Assembly: GCA_000320545.1 (NCBI GenBank)
Contig: ADNK01000067.1
Coordinates: 1-64,000, forward strand
Direction of reading: 5' to 3'
DNA: 64,000 bases
Origin: Bigelowiella natans CCMP2755
Lineage: Eukaryota; Protista; Cercozoa
Shown here: in pieces, positions 1 to 15,138 of the stretch
How the letters are laid out: each line of letters opens with the position of its first letter
Position numbering within the stretch: the stretch's first letter is position 1
The notes under the pieces: generated by a model
Database searches by the model: none
Seen by the model: only the letters and a program-made list of their open reading frames with translations
Told to the model about the DNA's origin: nothing
Made by a program: the position numbers and the translations under genes

Positions 1-83
1 CTAAAAGAGGTGTAACCACCCGCATGCATTCACACCGGTCAAAATCATCATGCATAGATATTTTAATGTAGAAGTGTATAATG

Positions 84-146
<63 letters not shown>

Positions 147-244
147 TGTGTGTGCTTCCTTAATTGACAGTCAGTGGAAATTAGTAAGACAACATACCTT
201 TCTATCAAGACGCTAGCACATGCTCGTACATATAGTAGTAGAAA

Positions 245-276
<32 letters not shown>

Positions 277-750
277 TTGGTAGTACCCCTTTGCTATCTC
301 TATTGACAGTCCCAAGTTCAACGGCGATCTAAACAAAACCATCATTAAAAGTATATGCACTTATCATATACAAGCAGCATCATTCATATCTTAAGCTTAA
401 AACCTAACACAATGATACTGTAGATATTAACGTGCGCGCGCAAACATACACATCCATATAGATATTATATAGATTTTCTTTCTCGCCCTATGTGTGTGGA
501 AGGGGTTGGGAGGGGGGGGAAAGGATATAGACTTCGGCCATCTTTCTAGTCGTTGGAAGAACTAATTTGTTGTAAAACACAAAATAGAGAGGCAGCAATT
601 GAGCAATGACAGCACGATAAGTTAAAGGAAATATGTCATTAAACAAAATGTAGCAATGACAAACAAAGCTTACATATTCTGTTCGTTGTTTCCATATCAT
701 AGGAGTATAGCTTTACAGTATTACAGCTGTATACGCATGCACACCCACAC

Positions 751-793
<43 letters not shown>

Positions 794-812
794 TGATATT
801 GTGCTATAGCAC

Positions 813-3228
813 CTGCGGAACGATTTCGCCTATGCCGTTTAAGAGGCTTGATTCCAGAGACTTCACGGATTGCTCTCCGTTCTCTGCAATTATAAGTGTT
901 AAGATATCAAAATGGAGACATGCGCTGCTTATATATGAGTTGAGCAGTCATCGGTGAGAGTGCTGATATGCGGTAAACATATGCTACACTCATGGGGCAC
1001 CTGCGAGCCAGATCAAAAAGGTACTTGTCGAGGACGCTACCCCCCATATGATGTCTCGTTGCATATAAATCAATATCCGCATCCAACTAGAAAAAAGAAC
1101 AAACCATTTTGGTCAGATACAGCATCATGCCGCATTGTTTCGAGCTATGAAGGTATTGAAGTAACGACCTTTTCTTCCAAGGCCGATTTTGGAATTTGAT
1201 TTAGAATTTTTTCCTAGGTATATATACGTCCTCACACACAAACACGGTTTCATGCATACTTCGCATTACAGAAAGGGAATGCAGAGCATTGAATACTATC
1301 CTGTCTCTTCATCACATGTATACCTTTTTTTCCATCTCTTTCTTCTTCAACATTTTGAAACGAGCCTTATCTATTTTTTACACAGACATACGAATGCATA
1401 TTACTATACATAATTACTGCACATATTCGCAAGTTATGACGACGACTAGAAGTCATCACCTATTGTACCTTGTTTTCTAATAGCTTCTTCTGCATTTCTA
1501 AAAAGCTTCCTAGCTCGATCAGGAGCACGCTGTCTCCTTGTCCGGGATAGACGTTTTGGTGATGGGGTTCTCTCACGCAAGTGAGGCAGCTGCTGAAATA
1601 TATGAGTTTGCTATTGAGTTACATAAGATCATGTGATTATCATTAGATTCTGGGGATAATAAGATTTCCAGAGGAAATAACAACAGGCTTTACGTTGCTA
1701 TCCGTGTCAAAGGTATTAAAGTCTGCATTGCTCGAAATAGTTAATGCCGGTTCAAATGAGGCATTTCATATAACTTGACCTTTGGAAGATTCTTCTTCTT
1801 CACATCGCTCCCCGTCGAATGCCCCTCGGAATCCTATACAAAGGTCATACGAATAATTTAGGAACTACGTCTATACACACCTATGCACAAAACCACGCAC
1901 ACTGAACCTTTTCCTCTCCAAAGACTCCCAGAACTCCATCACGATTTTTTTCTACGAGAGGGGAGCGAGGGGAAGGAAAGTACTTCTTGTCGTTCTTTTG
2001 TACTCTGTGCGTGTTTGTATCATTCTTCAGCAGAGGGGTAGGACTAGTTGAAGCCCCCACACTGATAGGCGATATGACGTTATTCGTATTGCTTTCGTGG
2101 GCTTTTTGGATCTTCTCGTTGTGAGTGTCGTTTTCTCGGCGCAGTTTCAAGGAGCTAGGGACGCTAAAGCTTTCCTTTTTATCGTGTCTCCCTTCTTCCA
2201 AACCGATGATAGCAGGCACTCTGTTTGAATCTACCCCCCCCCCCTGAGTTGATGCTAAACTTGGTGACATATTTGGCTTTTGAATGCTTAGCTTTAGGTC
2301 TGGTTTGCTATTTGTGATGAGACGCCCAAGAGTATTTTCACTGTCTAAGGATGACTGTTGCGTCGTAATCGTCGGTATTACTAATTTGGAAATCCTAGTC
2401 GAAGAAGGAGAGCTGGGCATGCTTAACATCATTTCGGGGAGCTTCTCCCCCATGGAAGGATCATGGAGTTTGGAATCATCACTGTCAGCCATTCTGCACG
2501 ACTGTATTCTCTCAACAAGCGCTGCTGTTTTCACTCCGTCTCTCGGAGCCTCAGTAGACGATTGCCTATTTAACATTTTATGAAGTATCTTCGCATCATC
2601 ATTCTCAATCGGATATTTTTGCACGTCGGACGTGATGAACACTTGTCAAGAATTTTTGAAAAATGGAATGGAAACGAAACCAAGTCGGCCTCTTTCTTCA
2701 CATCTAACTCTCCATATCCATACATTAGGGTATTCGGAAGGGGGGGGGGGCTTAGGTTGAGGGGGCTGAAAGACTTCAACGTTACTTTGATGAACAAGAC
2801 GGAGCTCCTGATCGCCAGATCGTAAAAGGAATCCCGAACCGGCGAGTATTTGTCGAATGTTTTAGCTTATTTATCGTTGTCGCACCACCTAAACGAAAGC
2901 CGTAGATACTAGAAACTAAAGGCACCTATCTATCCAAAACAACACATGACAGCTCACTCACTTTGCCAGCTGCGAGTGCTCGTAGGAAAGTAGAACTTGA
3001 TGTAGTACGAGATTACTACCAAGGCTCTCGTCGCAGAACCAAAATCCTCAGGGTTTTGTTGATTAGATTATTTTTCATGACGCAGACCGAAATATGTAGA
3101 AGTTGAGCCAGGCCGACATAGTTTCAGATGGCATTTCCTAGAATTTCGATTGGAATCTCACATTTGGCATATTTTGTTGTCGCAAGGTATGAATCGTAGG
3201 CATTTTCACGATTGCGCTCGGCGCTCAT
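813..3228 (-). CDS. Hypothetical multi-exon protein: low-complexity Ser/Pro-rich middle and basic coiled-coil C-terminal part (both termini approximate)
   Basis: Long exon 1881-2642, plus GT-AG exons joined in frame by eye: QLPHLRERTPSPKRLSR...IRKQ / DKARFKMLKKKEMEKK / EKILNQIPKSALEEK / LETMRHDA / LDADIDLYATRHHMGGSVLDKYLFDLAR / RERRAIREVSGIKPLKRHRRNRSA. Candidate ATG at 3228 (MSAERNRENAY). No family motif recognised. Confidence 0.55.
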
Positions 3229-3282
3229 AATCCACATATCTCCTCACTCCATCTACCCCGCCCCCTGAATCTATTCTTCAAG

Positions 3283-5268
3283 ATGGGTCTTCGAGAAATA
3301 CTCGGAGCTCTAGCGGATAAAAACTCTAAACTACGATTCTATATCTCAACTGCGGAGCACGCCATCGTGGCTATTGTGTACGCTGCTTTGTCTTTTCACC
3401 CCCTACCGGCCAACTAACCTCACATCCGTATCATGCATGTATTTAGGCTCTACCGTTGGATTAAAAATGCACTACAGGAGGCAAATTTTGATTCCATAAT
3501 AGACTCAGTACCTGGGGCAGCTATGGTTGTGTTAGCATTTAAAAAAGAAACTTTATTGCCAGATACAATTGATCGGCAATTGATTGATAGATTTCTCTAT
3601 TCGGCTATTATTGATATCATTAGGCTATCAAAATGGGCATGCGATCCGAGGCTGATAAGGTGTTCTTGAGTCATAAATGAAATACTTATAAATAGAATGA
3701 ATGGGTTACTATGCCAAACTTTTTGTGCGCATTTTATTCGATTTAGCGTAGATTACACAATCAGTATCGTGTTGTCACCATCATCGTCGTCATTATAACC
3801 ATCAACTCATCAAGACGCCTATTCGTTGAAACTATGCCTTTTCATTATTTCTAGGCTGTTAAAGATTTGTTTCCTAAAGAACTTGCACCTGTGCTAGACA
3901 AGATACCAGGTGGAGTACACGACCTGCATTTTTATGATTGTGAACAGTGTTACAAGTTTCAATGACAACCGCATTAATGACAGCTACCGGCCTACCGCAT
4001 GAAGATGTACTGAAGGCGCTAGATAAAATGCGCAAACAAGATCATTACAGGTAGCTAGAAGAATGAGAAGAATCAAATGAAAAGACTCTTTAATTTGGAT
4101 TCTAATTGAATGTAGTTTCTGTGCATCACGATCTGGAATCATTTTAACCATTCCATACTGCGGATATGCATATGTACATAAAATTATACAAGCACGAACT
4201 TGGAATTAATATTTATTTATGGTGTATTCTAGATTAAGAGTTTTCTCGTAAAATTGTTCTTCACAGAAAAGAGAAGGGATTTGGTCTAATCTACGGCACT
4301 GAGGACAAGAAACATGAGAATTTTACAACCAAGGCTTATAACAAGTGCTCCACAACACACACACGCCGCCGAATTCACAAAACATGACTTACATTCATGT
4401 CGTTTTATTTATTTGTGTGTGTATGTGTGTGTGTGTGTGTGTGTGTAAGGTATATTTCTTCAAATGCTCTTGATCCTACGGCTTTTCCTTCTCTCCGAAA
4501 AATGGAAGTTGAGGTAGTAGCTTGAAAAGGAGTGGGGTGGGGGGGAGGGAATACTACAATAGCATCAAGAATATAGTTACATACATAAGCAATTTTTGTG
4601 ATTGTATGCGTGTGCAACAGGTTGTCAGCATGACTCTCTCGATGCTGCACGCACCTAAAACAGCGTGTGGGGTCATGACCTCTGGAGGTATGTAGTTAGT
4701 GGCAAGAAGAAGAAGAAGAAGAAAGATCTCCTCCTCATAACAAGTGTAGGGTCTTTATTTTATACAATTCTGTTAACGCTATTGCTGTTGGTGTTGTGTT
4801 TTTATTACGTTGATGACGACAGGGACTGAGTCGATTCTTTGCGCTGTAAAGGCTTATCGCGACCGCGCACGCAGCTTATGGCCGCACATTAAGCAGCCTG
4901 AAATGGTAGTTTCACTAGAGCGTAATATAAAGAATCTATGGCTGCTACTTCATGAGATGGAGCTGTCCTAATTCACAACTACTCACACACGCATTTAAAT
5001 AAGTGCTAACACGTAAAGATCTAGCTCCTATATCTTCACCAAATAAAAGTTCCATTTCATGCTTATCACTCTCTTGTTTCGTCGCTGCCACCCCTCCCTA
5101 ATATACCAGGTGCTAGCCAAATCAGCCCATGTTGCTTTTGAAAAGGTAAGATGACGCAAAGCACTAGGAGGAGACATAGTTGGTTGAGTACCGGGGTTGT
5201 GTTGAAGCCCACCTCCCCCCGCCGCCCCTCAATAGAAAGCAGTTTACTATCAACCACCTCAATGTGAG

Positions 5269-5319
<51 letters not shown>

Positions 5320-7059
5320 CACAATCAGGGCGCTCACTACTTCGGGGTGAAGTGCGTGTGGGTCTCCCTCGACGAAAAAACGCAAAATCCAAACCTGGAA
5401 GAGCTGAAGTCCAAGATCACTAAAAACTGCGTCCTCATCGTCGCAAGCGCGGTGCAATATCCTGCTGGCACGGTCGCTTTAAATAGTAGTATGTCGTGAG
5501 AAACTATTGTATATATATATATCTGCAATCGAAGATTGATTCAAATGTGTGTTGTTGTGGCCTTGTCTCTCCCCCCCCCCCTCCCTCCTCTATCAATCAA
5601 TCAGATGGATCCAATCACCCAAATTTCGGACATCGCAATGCAAAATGGGCTGCCGCTGCATGTTGACGGCTGCATTGGAGGGTACTCTCAATCTTCGGAA
5701 ATAAATTAGCTTGTTAAGTTTTGACCATCATACTTCGCAATGAATGCAGCCTGAATTTCGTTCAGCGACACAATCTGGAGAACACAACACGTCTTTGTTT
5801 TATGGTCATTATGTACTCTTATGTATTGTTTTGGAAAGAAGAAGCTACTCTTCATATATACTCGTACATCGCAAGCAGCAACACAAAATCATTGGGATGG
5901 TATCTCCACAAGTGTGACCATCAACAATAAATTATTATTATTATTAATAATAATAATAATAATAATACAATTAAGGTTCATGCTTCCTTGGGTTGAGAAA
6001 CTAGGCTACGAAGTACCGTTGTGGGACTTTCGGGTTGAAGGGGTGACGTCAATATCCGCTGATTGCCACAAATACGGGTATGTTTGTATGCGTATGATGC
6101 CACATACGCTATCCACAGTTTTGAATAGTAGTTATTTTGGACAGCATTCGTTGCTGGTGATTGCAGTCAATGTTATAGAGATCTAGATCTACTACTAATA
6201 CTTCTACAACTGCTACTTCCATTACCACTACTGCTACTACTACTACTACTACTACTACTGCTACTACTATGCTGCTGTGCTGCTGGTGGTGGTGGTGGTG
6301 GTGGTGGTGCTACTGCTTCAGGTATGCTCCGAAGGGAGCATCAGTAATAGCATGGCGGAATCCTGATGATCGTCTCCACCAGTTTCATGCCTTCGCAGGT
6401 TATTACGATTACTTCGTCTTTCTTGTAGTGTAGTACCCAGACATAGCACATAGGCGTCACCCTTCCTCGTCGTTGCCGTGTAAGATGACAAATAGCACAA
6501 CGCGTGGTCATCGTCGTATCATCGTCCTTTAGGTTGGCCGGGGGGGTATTACGCGTCTCCATCTCTTCTAGGAACGCGTGCTGGGGGGGCTATTGCTGCT
6601 GCATGGGCCTCTCTTAATGCTATGGGAGAAAATGGGTGAGTTCTTAAGGGCTGTTAGGAAAGAAGAGGTGGGAGGAAAGGGGAAGGGGGGGGGAGGGAAA
6701 GATCGGCTGGCAATCAGTAGATTCACGTTGTTTACTATATCGTACTATCAAATAATTCTCTCTCCCCCTCCCCCCTCGACATAGATATCTTGACCAAGCA
6801 AAGAAAGCGATGCAAGTGAGCGAGGACTTTAAGGCCGCGATTAATGCCGTCCCTGAGCTCCAAATAGTCGGAAGTCCTTGCATGACGATCGTTTGTTTCA
6901 AGAGCATAAAACCCAAATCGGTGGGCAATTAAACATCTTCTTCAATTTTGTTAGTTTGCTGTACAATGCATTTCGGTGCTTGTTTGTTAATTGTGCAGCA
7001 CAGTTGTTGCCGGGAAGTGTTTCCACGATGATCATGATTTCCGTTGATATATTATATAA

Positions 7060-7098
<39 letters not shown>

Positions 7099-7761
7099 GT
7101 CTCCAATCCTACTGAATGATGGTGAAACTACGACTAGGTAAACGCCTTCGCTCTGGGTGATGCGATGCAGAAGAAGGGCTGGAAGATGTCGCGACAGCAA
7201 AATCCAGACTCTTTGCATGTCACGCTCATGCCGGTATTTGTGTATGCATGTGTGTGCGTGCGTGTGTGTGTGTGTGTGTGTGTGTTTGCGTAATGTGTCA
7301 GAAAGCTTGCTTCACACACGTGTGCTTGTATTCAGGGAAGATCAAGATGATATTTTAATTGTCTTGTTTTGATGTTCCCCAACCCCATTTCAGGTACATT
7401 ATCCGGCGCGGAAAAAGCTCGTCTCTGATCTGAAGGAAGCTGTCGAGGTTGTTTGCAGGATCAAACTAAGAATAGTATTGTTGGGATATAGGAGGATTCT
7501 GAAGGATGACTTTAATCTGAAGGCTCATATTATTTCCTCAGATTTCATAATCAATTTTGACATAAAACAATTGAAAGTTCCTTCGAAAATATATCTTAAA
7601 GATTATGTATGAATAATCAGATTGTCAAGAAGCAGCCCTCTCTCAACCGCGAAGGGACTGCAGCTATGTATGGAATGCTCGCACAGATACCCAGCAACAC
7701 AAAACTTGCTGATTTCCTTAAGATTTTGTTTAGCCGCATGTTCATGAAGAATGGGAATTAG
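3283..7761 (+). CDS. SGPL1: Sphingosine-1-phosphate lyase (PLP-dependent, group II decarboxylase fold), multi-exon
   Basis: Exons give [94 protein letters not shown] (PLP lysine)/[54 protein letters not shown]; stop TAG at 7759-7761. Confidence 0.95.
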
Positions 7762-8899
7762 AAAAAAACGGTGTCATGATAGTTGCAGTTGCAGATGCAA
7801 GTGCATACGTTTTGCGATTTTCATTCGTTCTTAGCTTGGGTACATCAGTGTCGTATCAACGCACGTCCTACGATAGACTCGAGCAAAAATGAAAACTATC
7901 CGCAATGTAATTCATCCTCTTCATACATGCACATTACATCATTCTAACATTGTGGCTCATCATTACACCTTATCGCATCGCCAGCTAGGCATGTACTTAG
8001 CCTTTTGTAGAGCAGTACCACTGATGGGCTGCTCTCTTATGCAATTGTGCAGCATGGATCCTCAATTTTGCATTATTCGCGCTCAGCTCACAGCGCATCG
8101 CAACATGAGCGCAAAATGCACGTGGTTCGATCGAAAGCACGCAACAACAGTTGCTAGCTTGCAAAGTATCAGTACGGCCATCATGCTGTACTTCTAACGC
8201 TAGAACAGTGTAAAGATTAAACACGATGTCTTGTTGCAACAGCAAGGCACAAGAGCCAACAAGCTAGCAAACAGTCGCAGTCCCCATGCGTTGCGCATGT
8301 CTCAATTGGCACGTCTGCTAGTCTGGCTAGATGTGAATTTTCAATTACATCATCGACTTTCTAGCTTTCATTCTCATGAACCGCTAGAAGTATCTAATCC
8401 CATCGAGATGGATTGACGACACTTGTGAGCTCTTCTTTGTTTGTGCAGAAGAGGAACAGAAGGGGCCCATGCAACAGCTTTTCTGGATCAGTTTGGGGTT
8501 TTGAGGACTTTGTCATCGTTTTCTGTTGATTCTTTCCTGATTTTATCAATTTCTGGTCAAAATACAGGGGATTTCCTGATTTGCTTCTAAATTTGCAAAT
8601 CTAGCCCACGCAAATTTATCCACGTTCACTTCCGATTCGCCGGATCCATTTCAATGTAAAGAGTAAAACATCCGGAACTTATCCTGAAAAATACTTATCT
8701 TAAATTCAAGAAACCAAAAAATACTGAAAATATTAAAAAATGGCCTGAATGTTGTAAATTATAGAACATAGTCTTCGCAAAATATCTAAAAAAATCAAAC
8801 ATCTTCACATTTCTCTTGGTTTAGCGAGACTGGCGCTGGGCATCCCAGCGAAGCAACTTCACCCCTCTCCTTTGGGAATTAGTCACCAATTCGTTCGAA

Positions 8900-9028
8900 A
8901 TGGAGCGTGCTCTAGGTCTCAAAGAGGAGGTAGTGGAGTTTGACATTGTGCTTAGTGAAAGGATCTCAAGTTGCTGCTGTTCATTTTTTGCTTTGTCTTA
9001 CTTGCGTCCTTGCTTGAAAATGTGTGCT

Positions 9029-9070
<42 letters not shown>

Positions 9071-9150
9071 TCCTCTTTGTTTGTCGGCAGGGCAACAAGC
9101 TATTCCGAGGGAAAAATTGGTAGAGTTGAGCAACCACAAAGAAACAAATG

Positions 9151-9209
<59 letters not shown>

Positions 9210-12200
9210 ATAGGAGTAAAGCAGCTGGGAAATATACAGAAGCTCTTGATGTCTCCATTCATTTGGGAAAGTAATCGACGACACGGACAAGGCTCTCGCA
9301 TTAATGCCTGGGTTGTAGTAAATTAAAAGCGAACGATATAAATCACATACACACACACACATACACAAGAAATACAATATTATGTTACATGGACCTAAAT
9401 TTCGTGGATATTGACTTGAGTCTGCTCATTAAAACAGGCACATCAAAACGTTGCAGCGAAGGGCGAAGGCGTATCATGTATAAACGACGCATACAAAAAC
9501 ACACACGCACCCCCTCATCGCAAACCATGACCAAAATATCACTGGTGGCGCCAATTCCAGGCACAGGGATTATCCATCAAAAATCCCGAAAAGGCTATGT
9601 CTACGCTTGCTAAAGCCATCAAGGTTGGTGGCCATAGGAATACTCCATCAATTTTTATTTATCTTAAAGACAGCAGAGTTATAGGCTCAATTTGTGGCAT
9701 ATTTGTGGTATATCATTCTCGCGTGGTGTGTGCGGGAGGTGCACAATGTATGGGTTGAATATCTGTGTAATTGCTACTGCCAGGACCTCACATCTCTGCT
9801 CAAAAAAGAACCCAAGCACTTGCCAGCAAGGCAGCTGTTGGAAAAGGTGTGTGATAATCGTATTATTCATAATTGTAGGAATGCATAAGATACCGTAGTT
9901 TTAGTACTTACCGACACTTACACGCTTATGTGCGCGTGCGTGTATGTAATTATTATATATATTTATATATTATTTTTAGTAGCCATACTAATGGATAAGT
10001 CGTATTCCCCCTCCATCTTCTCCTCTTATTCATTCATAATATTCACTCATCTTGAAGGTGCGAGTTGCGGCGAAGTTTGTCGAAAACAACCCCGAAAACT
10101 ACCAATTCTACCTAAATCGTCTTGTAAAGGCTGCTAACTCGAGTATGATTTTACAATATCCTAGAGCATACCCATATTAAGAATTATGTGTGTGAGTGTG
10201 TGTGTATATGTATCATTTGTAATAGTTCTGTTTGCGTGAATCATGTTATATTATTAAATTACGATGGATTTACCCCTCTCCGACAACTTAGAAGTACTTT
10301 GAAAGTACTGAATCGTGTGGACGCAAGATGATAGCAGCACAATAGTCGTCTAGTTTCAGCACGGTTAGGAGCCTTTACATTTGTATTCTCATGCACGTCA
10401 ATCTATTATCATACAGGTTTGAAAAAAGAAGTCGATTATTGCCGGGATATACGACTCGTAATGCAGGCCTTTTTGGCACGTAGGCAAGGTGAATACGTCA
10501 CGTATCTTAATTCATAATCGATTCGGTTGAAGGAAGGGATCTCGCTGTTTCTATCCCCCGTCATCAATGCACTCCCCAATCATCGTGCTTTGCTCTGTGT
10601 GAGGAAGACTCACATTTGGACACCATTCCTAGATAGATCATCGTATTTGAAAGCGATGTGTTTGCCTGTGCTCTTTGTCATCAGCCCGGGGGTTTGTGTT
10701 CCAGAAAGGAGGGGAGGGGCAGACCTTCCTTAGTGTTCTCTCACGTCTGGCTACTGGGGAATTAGAGGGGGGGGGGCACACGCAGTTAAATCTCCAAATA
10801 GAAGCTGCGAAGGCGCTTTCAGTTGTTTTTTCAAAGGACGAAAGCAACGCGTTGGAAACAGGTGAGAGGGGGGACCACGTGGTCTCTTTGGTGGATAGTC
10901 TCCTGACTCGGTTGAAAGCACTAAGGACCACATTGTCGGAGAAGGAAATCGTCGCTCAGAAGCAGCCTGTTGTCAAGCTTGTCGCAGCATTGCTTCGCCT
11001 CGTATGCCGTGCTTTGGAACGTAAATCATGGTAGATTGAATACTTAAGATATCTTCTCTACTGCAGTTCTTCTTATTCTTCTTCTTCTACAACTAATACT
11101 ACTACTAATAATAATACTTCTAGCGTTGGTAAGGCGCGTGAGTCGGCGGTTAATTGCCTCGGGGAGTGGGTTCATATTGACCGCAAATTGAACGTAGCGA
11201 CGCAGATGAGGCTACTTCCAGTGTTCTTTAAGGTTTGTTTTATGGCCTCTTGGAGAAAGGATAAGAGGAGGAGGAGGAGGAGGAGGAAGAAGATGTAGAA
11301 GAAGGGAATCGAAGGAGGAGTACTGACATTATAGTAGCAGGACTATTTAGTGTTTGATAATGTGGGAAATGGTAATGAGCAATGAGCAACATCGACAAGT
11401 TTCTTCTTCCTTCTCTACTACTGCTACTACCACTACTACCACCACTACTACTACTACCACTAACTGCAACTACAACTACAACTAGCTGCTGCATGTGACA
11501 CAAACCAAATAGCGAATGTTACCGTTTCTGCATATATAGGGTTTGAGCTCTCTGGGATCTCTTGAGGATGATGCTGGGACTGTCGCTGCTGCTGCTAGGG
11601 AGATATTGCTGAAAAGTAAGGCTCACCACGCTATTAGAGGAAGAAGAAGGAGAAGATGATGATGATAATCACGACAAAGAAGAGATTTCAGAAATATAAC
11701 AGAATGCCTTCGTATCAGCTTCTACACACACACACACACTGGTACACAAGAGAGAATGAGAAAGAGAGAGAAAGAGAAAGAGGGAACCCTGATTTTCATC
11801 TGACGAACTCACCACCATCGTCTACACACTCATCCATGCACGTATTGTTCATATACGTTCATCTAGGAGTCCTCTTCAGCGAGTATGTGGACGAAGTGAG
11901 GCTACGTGCAAGTATCATTAACACCACGCTGATGCTCACGGGGAAGAAGCAGCAGAAGAATGCCTCCTCTAAATCAAGAAATAATGAGGAAAAGGGGAGA
12001 AGTCACCAGCCAAAGCTTCCCAAGCAGTACTATCACCTCCAATCATTTGCAGCCTCAAATACCAATACCCTATATACTAATGATGCTATTGCCTAGAGTG
12101 CTAATAGGTGAATGGGTGCTTCGTCGTGTCAATTGCTGCCTGATGTTGCCGCTGCTGCGACTTATATATTCTAGGTACTGGGAGGGTGCCGATGTAAAGT

Positions 12201-12277
12201 CAATGGATTTTGCTAAGAAATGGGGTGAGACGATTCAAGGATGATGTGCGCGTCAAGCGTTGTCGCACACACACACA

Positions 12278-12320
<43 letters not shown>

Positions 12321-13691
12321 CGCGCGCACTAATCGGATGTGGAAAGACAGTGATAATAGCACACACTTGTGGTTATTATTCCCAAAGATGTTCAGAATAC
12401 AACTTACTAATTAAATCCCACCCCCTTTTCATACGCTACGTGCTTAGGAATGTACATATCTCAACAACTCTCCACGGGTAGCACCCATCCTCCTCCTCCT
12501 CTCCTCCTCCTCCTCCTCCTCATTATCATCATCATTATCATCATCATCATTATCATCATCATCTCAGTTTGTGCTTCAGTCTCTCTATTCCCTTCTCTCC
12601 CCGCCCCCCCCTTCCCTCTTTCCCTCCCTCTCCAACGCCAGCCATTGATATATAAATTATAAAAGAGAGCTGGTGCTTATTTGCTATGACAAACCACCCA
12701 TCAGGTGAACGCAGCTTCAAAGCTGTGACCAAGGCTCTTATTGCTATATTACAGGCAAATCCCCCTCTGGTAGCTCTGCTTATATTCAACAAGAGTCTGT
12801 ACCATACTTCTGATTCGTCGGCATATATTCTTCTTCTTCTTCTTCTTCTTCTTCTTCTTCTTCTTCTTCAGGGCGTCTTTCTTATTACCAACGGAGGAAT
12901 CCTTACGGTGAGAGATACGATAGAACAGATGATAGCGTGTATGCCAAGGCCGTTTAAACAAAGTATTTTGAATGTATTTCCATTGCTTATATAAGGAGGC
13001 GAAGGCTGCAGAGAAGGGTGATATGAAAGGTATTCCCATCCAATGCCAATGGGATTTGTACGCTGCTCGGGGGAGAAGAAGCGCCGTTGTTTCCAACACG
13101 CACACACAAACACGCATGTGCTATATACGATGAACAACTGACGGAAATCCTTTCATTCGCCTCCGCCATTACAGAGCAAATGAAGCAAATGCTACAACAA
13201 GCGAAAGCAAAGAAGCAGCAGCAGCAGGTAGTGTTTGACTAAGACCAAGATCCTAATAGGAAGAGTCACCATATATCAGGAATCTACATCGCCAACACAC
13301 TCGCGCGCGCGCGCGCACACACACACACATCAATGTGTTTTTCTGTTTTATACTCTGTTTTTACATCAAAAAACCGTTTAAATCAGCAGGGTGAAGAAAC
13401 CGAGAAGCGACCTCCTCCCATCCTGGTATATAATGATGGTCATTTTGGTTCTCTATCATCATCATCATCATCGTCATCATCATCATCATCATCATCATGT
13501 TCTACGTGCCTACATGAATACAGAGCTCCTTGGTTGTGAATGCAGCTCATGGAAGCGAGGAGAACCAACGTTGTGCTCTTGGGGTGATTGACCAACAACA
13601 CCACTTATCGTTCATCCAATACGGTTCAATATGACGACGATATAGTAAAGTAAAGATACACAACGCGTGCATGCTCCGTCTATTGTTTTAT

Positions 13692-13724
<33 letters not shown>

Positions 13725-14597
13725 TATCAGGTATTGGCACTAGCATCACAGGATAAGATCATAAGAACCATGGTACCACAATGCATATGTAGTAATCAAT
13801 AGCACATTGATAATAAGAGTCGTATGTCATCTATGGCACTAGTCGTTCAACCTGTAACAATCCCGTGTCTTCTCATCAATGCTTTCTGGTTATGGTGCCT
13901 GGCTTTTACGATTATATCTCCTCCTCCTCCTCCTCGTCGTCGTCGCTATTGGTGATGTTGATAAGGTGGAGAAGGCAGGGGTTGCAGAGCTGTTCTTGGA
14001 TTTGATCATAGCACACGATTTCTCCTCTCAAAAGGGTGAGATTGATCATGATGATGAAGATGATGAAGAAAGAAGATGATGACAATGATAACGATGATCA
14101 TTTGCGAGGGAACTCATGTAGTATGTATGTGCACGAGGTACATATGCATCTTAATACCACTTCAAATGGTTTTGATATCCTTCTTCGCAGATGACATCGT
14201 TCTTTGCCACGCAATCGTAGCTATGGCAAAGCAGGTCAAGTGACAATATTAGTACACATACAGAGAGTAGCTCCTTCAACACTCAAAATAATCGCAGATT
14301 GCGATTTCGGAGAATGCTCGAAATAAAGCGTTGAAGAACGAAGACGCCAAGGTAATGATACTCCTCACTCTCCCCCCCCCCCTGCTCTACTACTACTACT
14401 ACTACTACTACTATTCTGTTTCTAAAGGCGTGGCGAAATGCAGCTAGACTTCATAAGCTGCTTTTGGTGTTGATAATGCTGCTGCTTCCCTTTGTTCTCA
14501 GCACATGTTGTTTACGATCATCATATCAATAGGGGTTGGATGACACCTCCAGCATCGTTTACGCGACCAAGAGGATGATCATCAAAGCTGCAGGTTA

Positions 14598-14631
<34 letters not shown>

Positions 14632-15104
14632 GGTTATGATTTCAAAGCAAATAAGCTGGAGAACAAAGAGTAATAGTACTGTATCTAGGTGCCGTTGATG
14701 ATTATTGGTCTTTCTCCCTAAGACGTTAACGTTAGACTGACTCGTACAGTTTTGAAAGAAGAGAATTTACATATGCATCCAAGTTATTTCTTACTTAGCG
14801 CGAAGGTTCAATGACTAGAATGAAAAAGGAGTTCTGAGAGTGCATATGCGTGTGCTGTATGTTTCTTCTCCTCCCCCTTCACCTCCTCCTTTCTCCATGT
14901 AGATGCTAGAAAGAATGCAGGCAGTAGTCACAAGGACGGCAGAGGGGGGGATATTGATGATGGTGGTGATGATGAGGATGATGATGGCGGGGTTCTTTCC
15001 GAATTGAAGAAAGACAATGCGCGTATGATGGAGAACTTAGCTTTGGAGGTAGGTGTTGAAGGGTGTATACTAGACGCTATACTGAAGAATGGAGATGATA
15101 GTTA

Positions 15105-15138
<34 letters not shown>

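Noticed and set aside
8834-8850. Perfect 7-bp hairpin cgctggg-cat-cccagcg upstream of the UNC-45 ATG
   Set aside because: Short enough to arise by chance; no supporting feature.
9445-9480. Apparent GC-AG intron donor in the UNC-45 TPR exon
   Set aside because: Reading on to RRAKAYH reaches a normal GT donor and gives a better TPR match.
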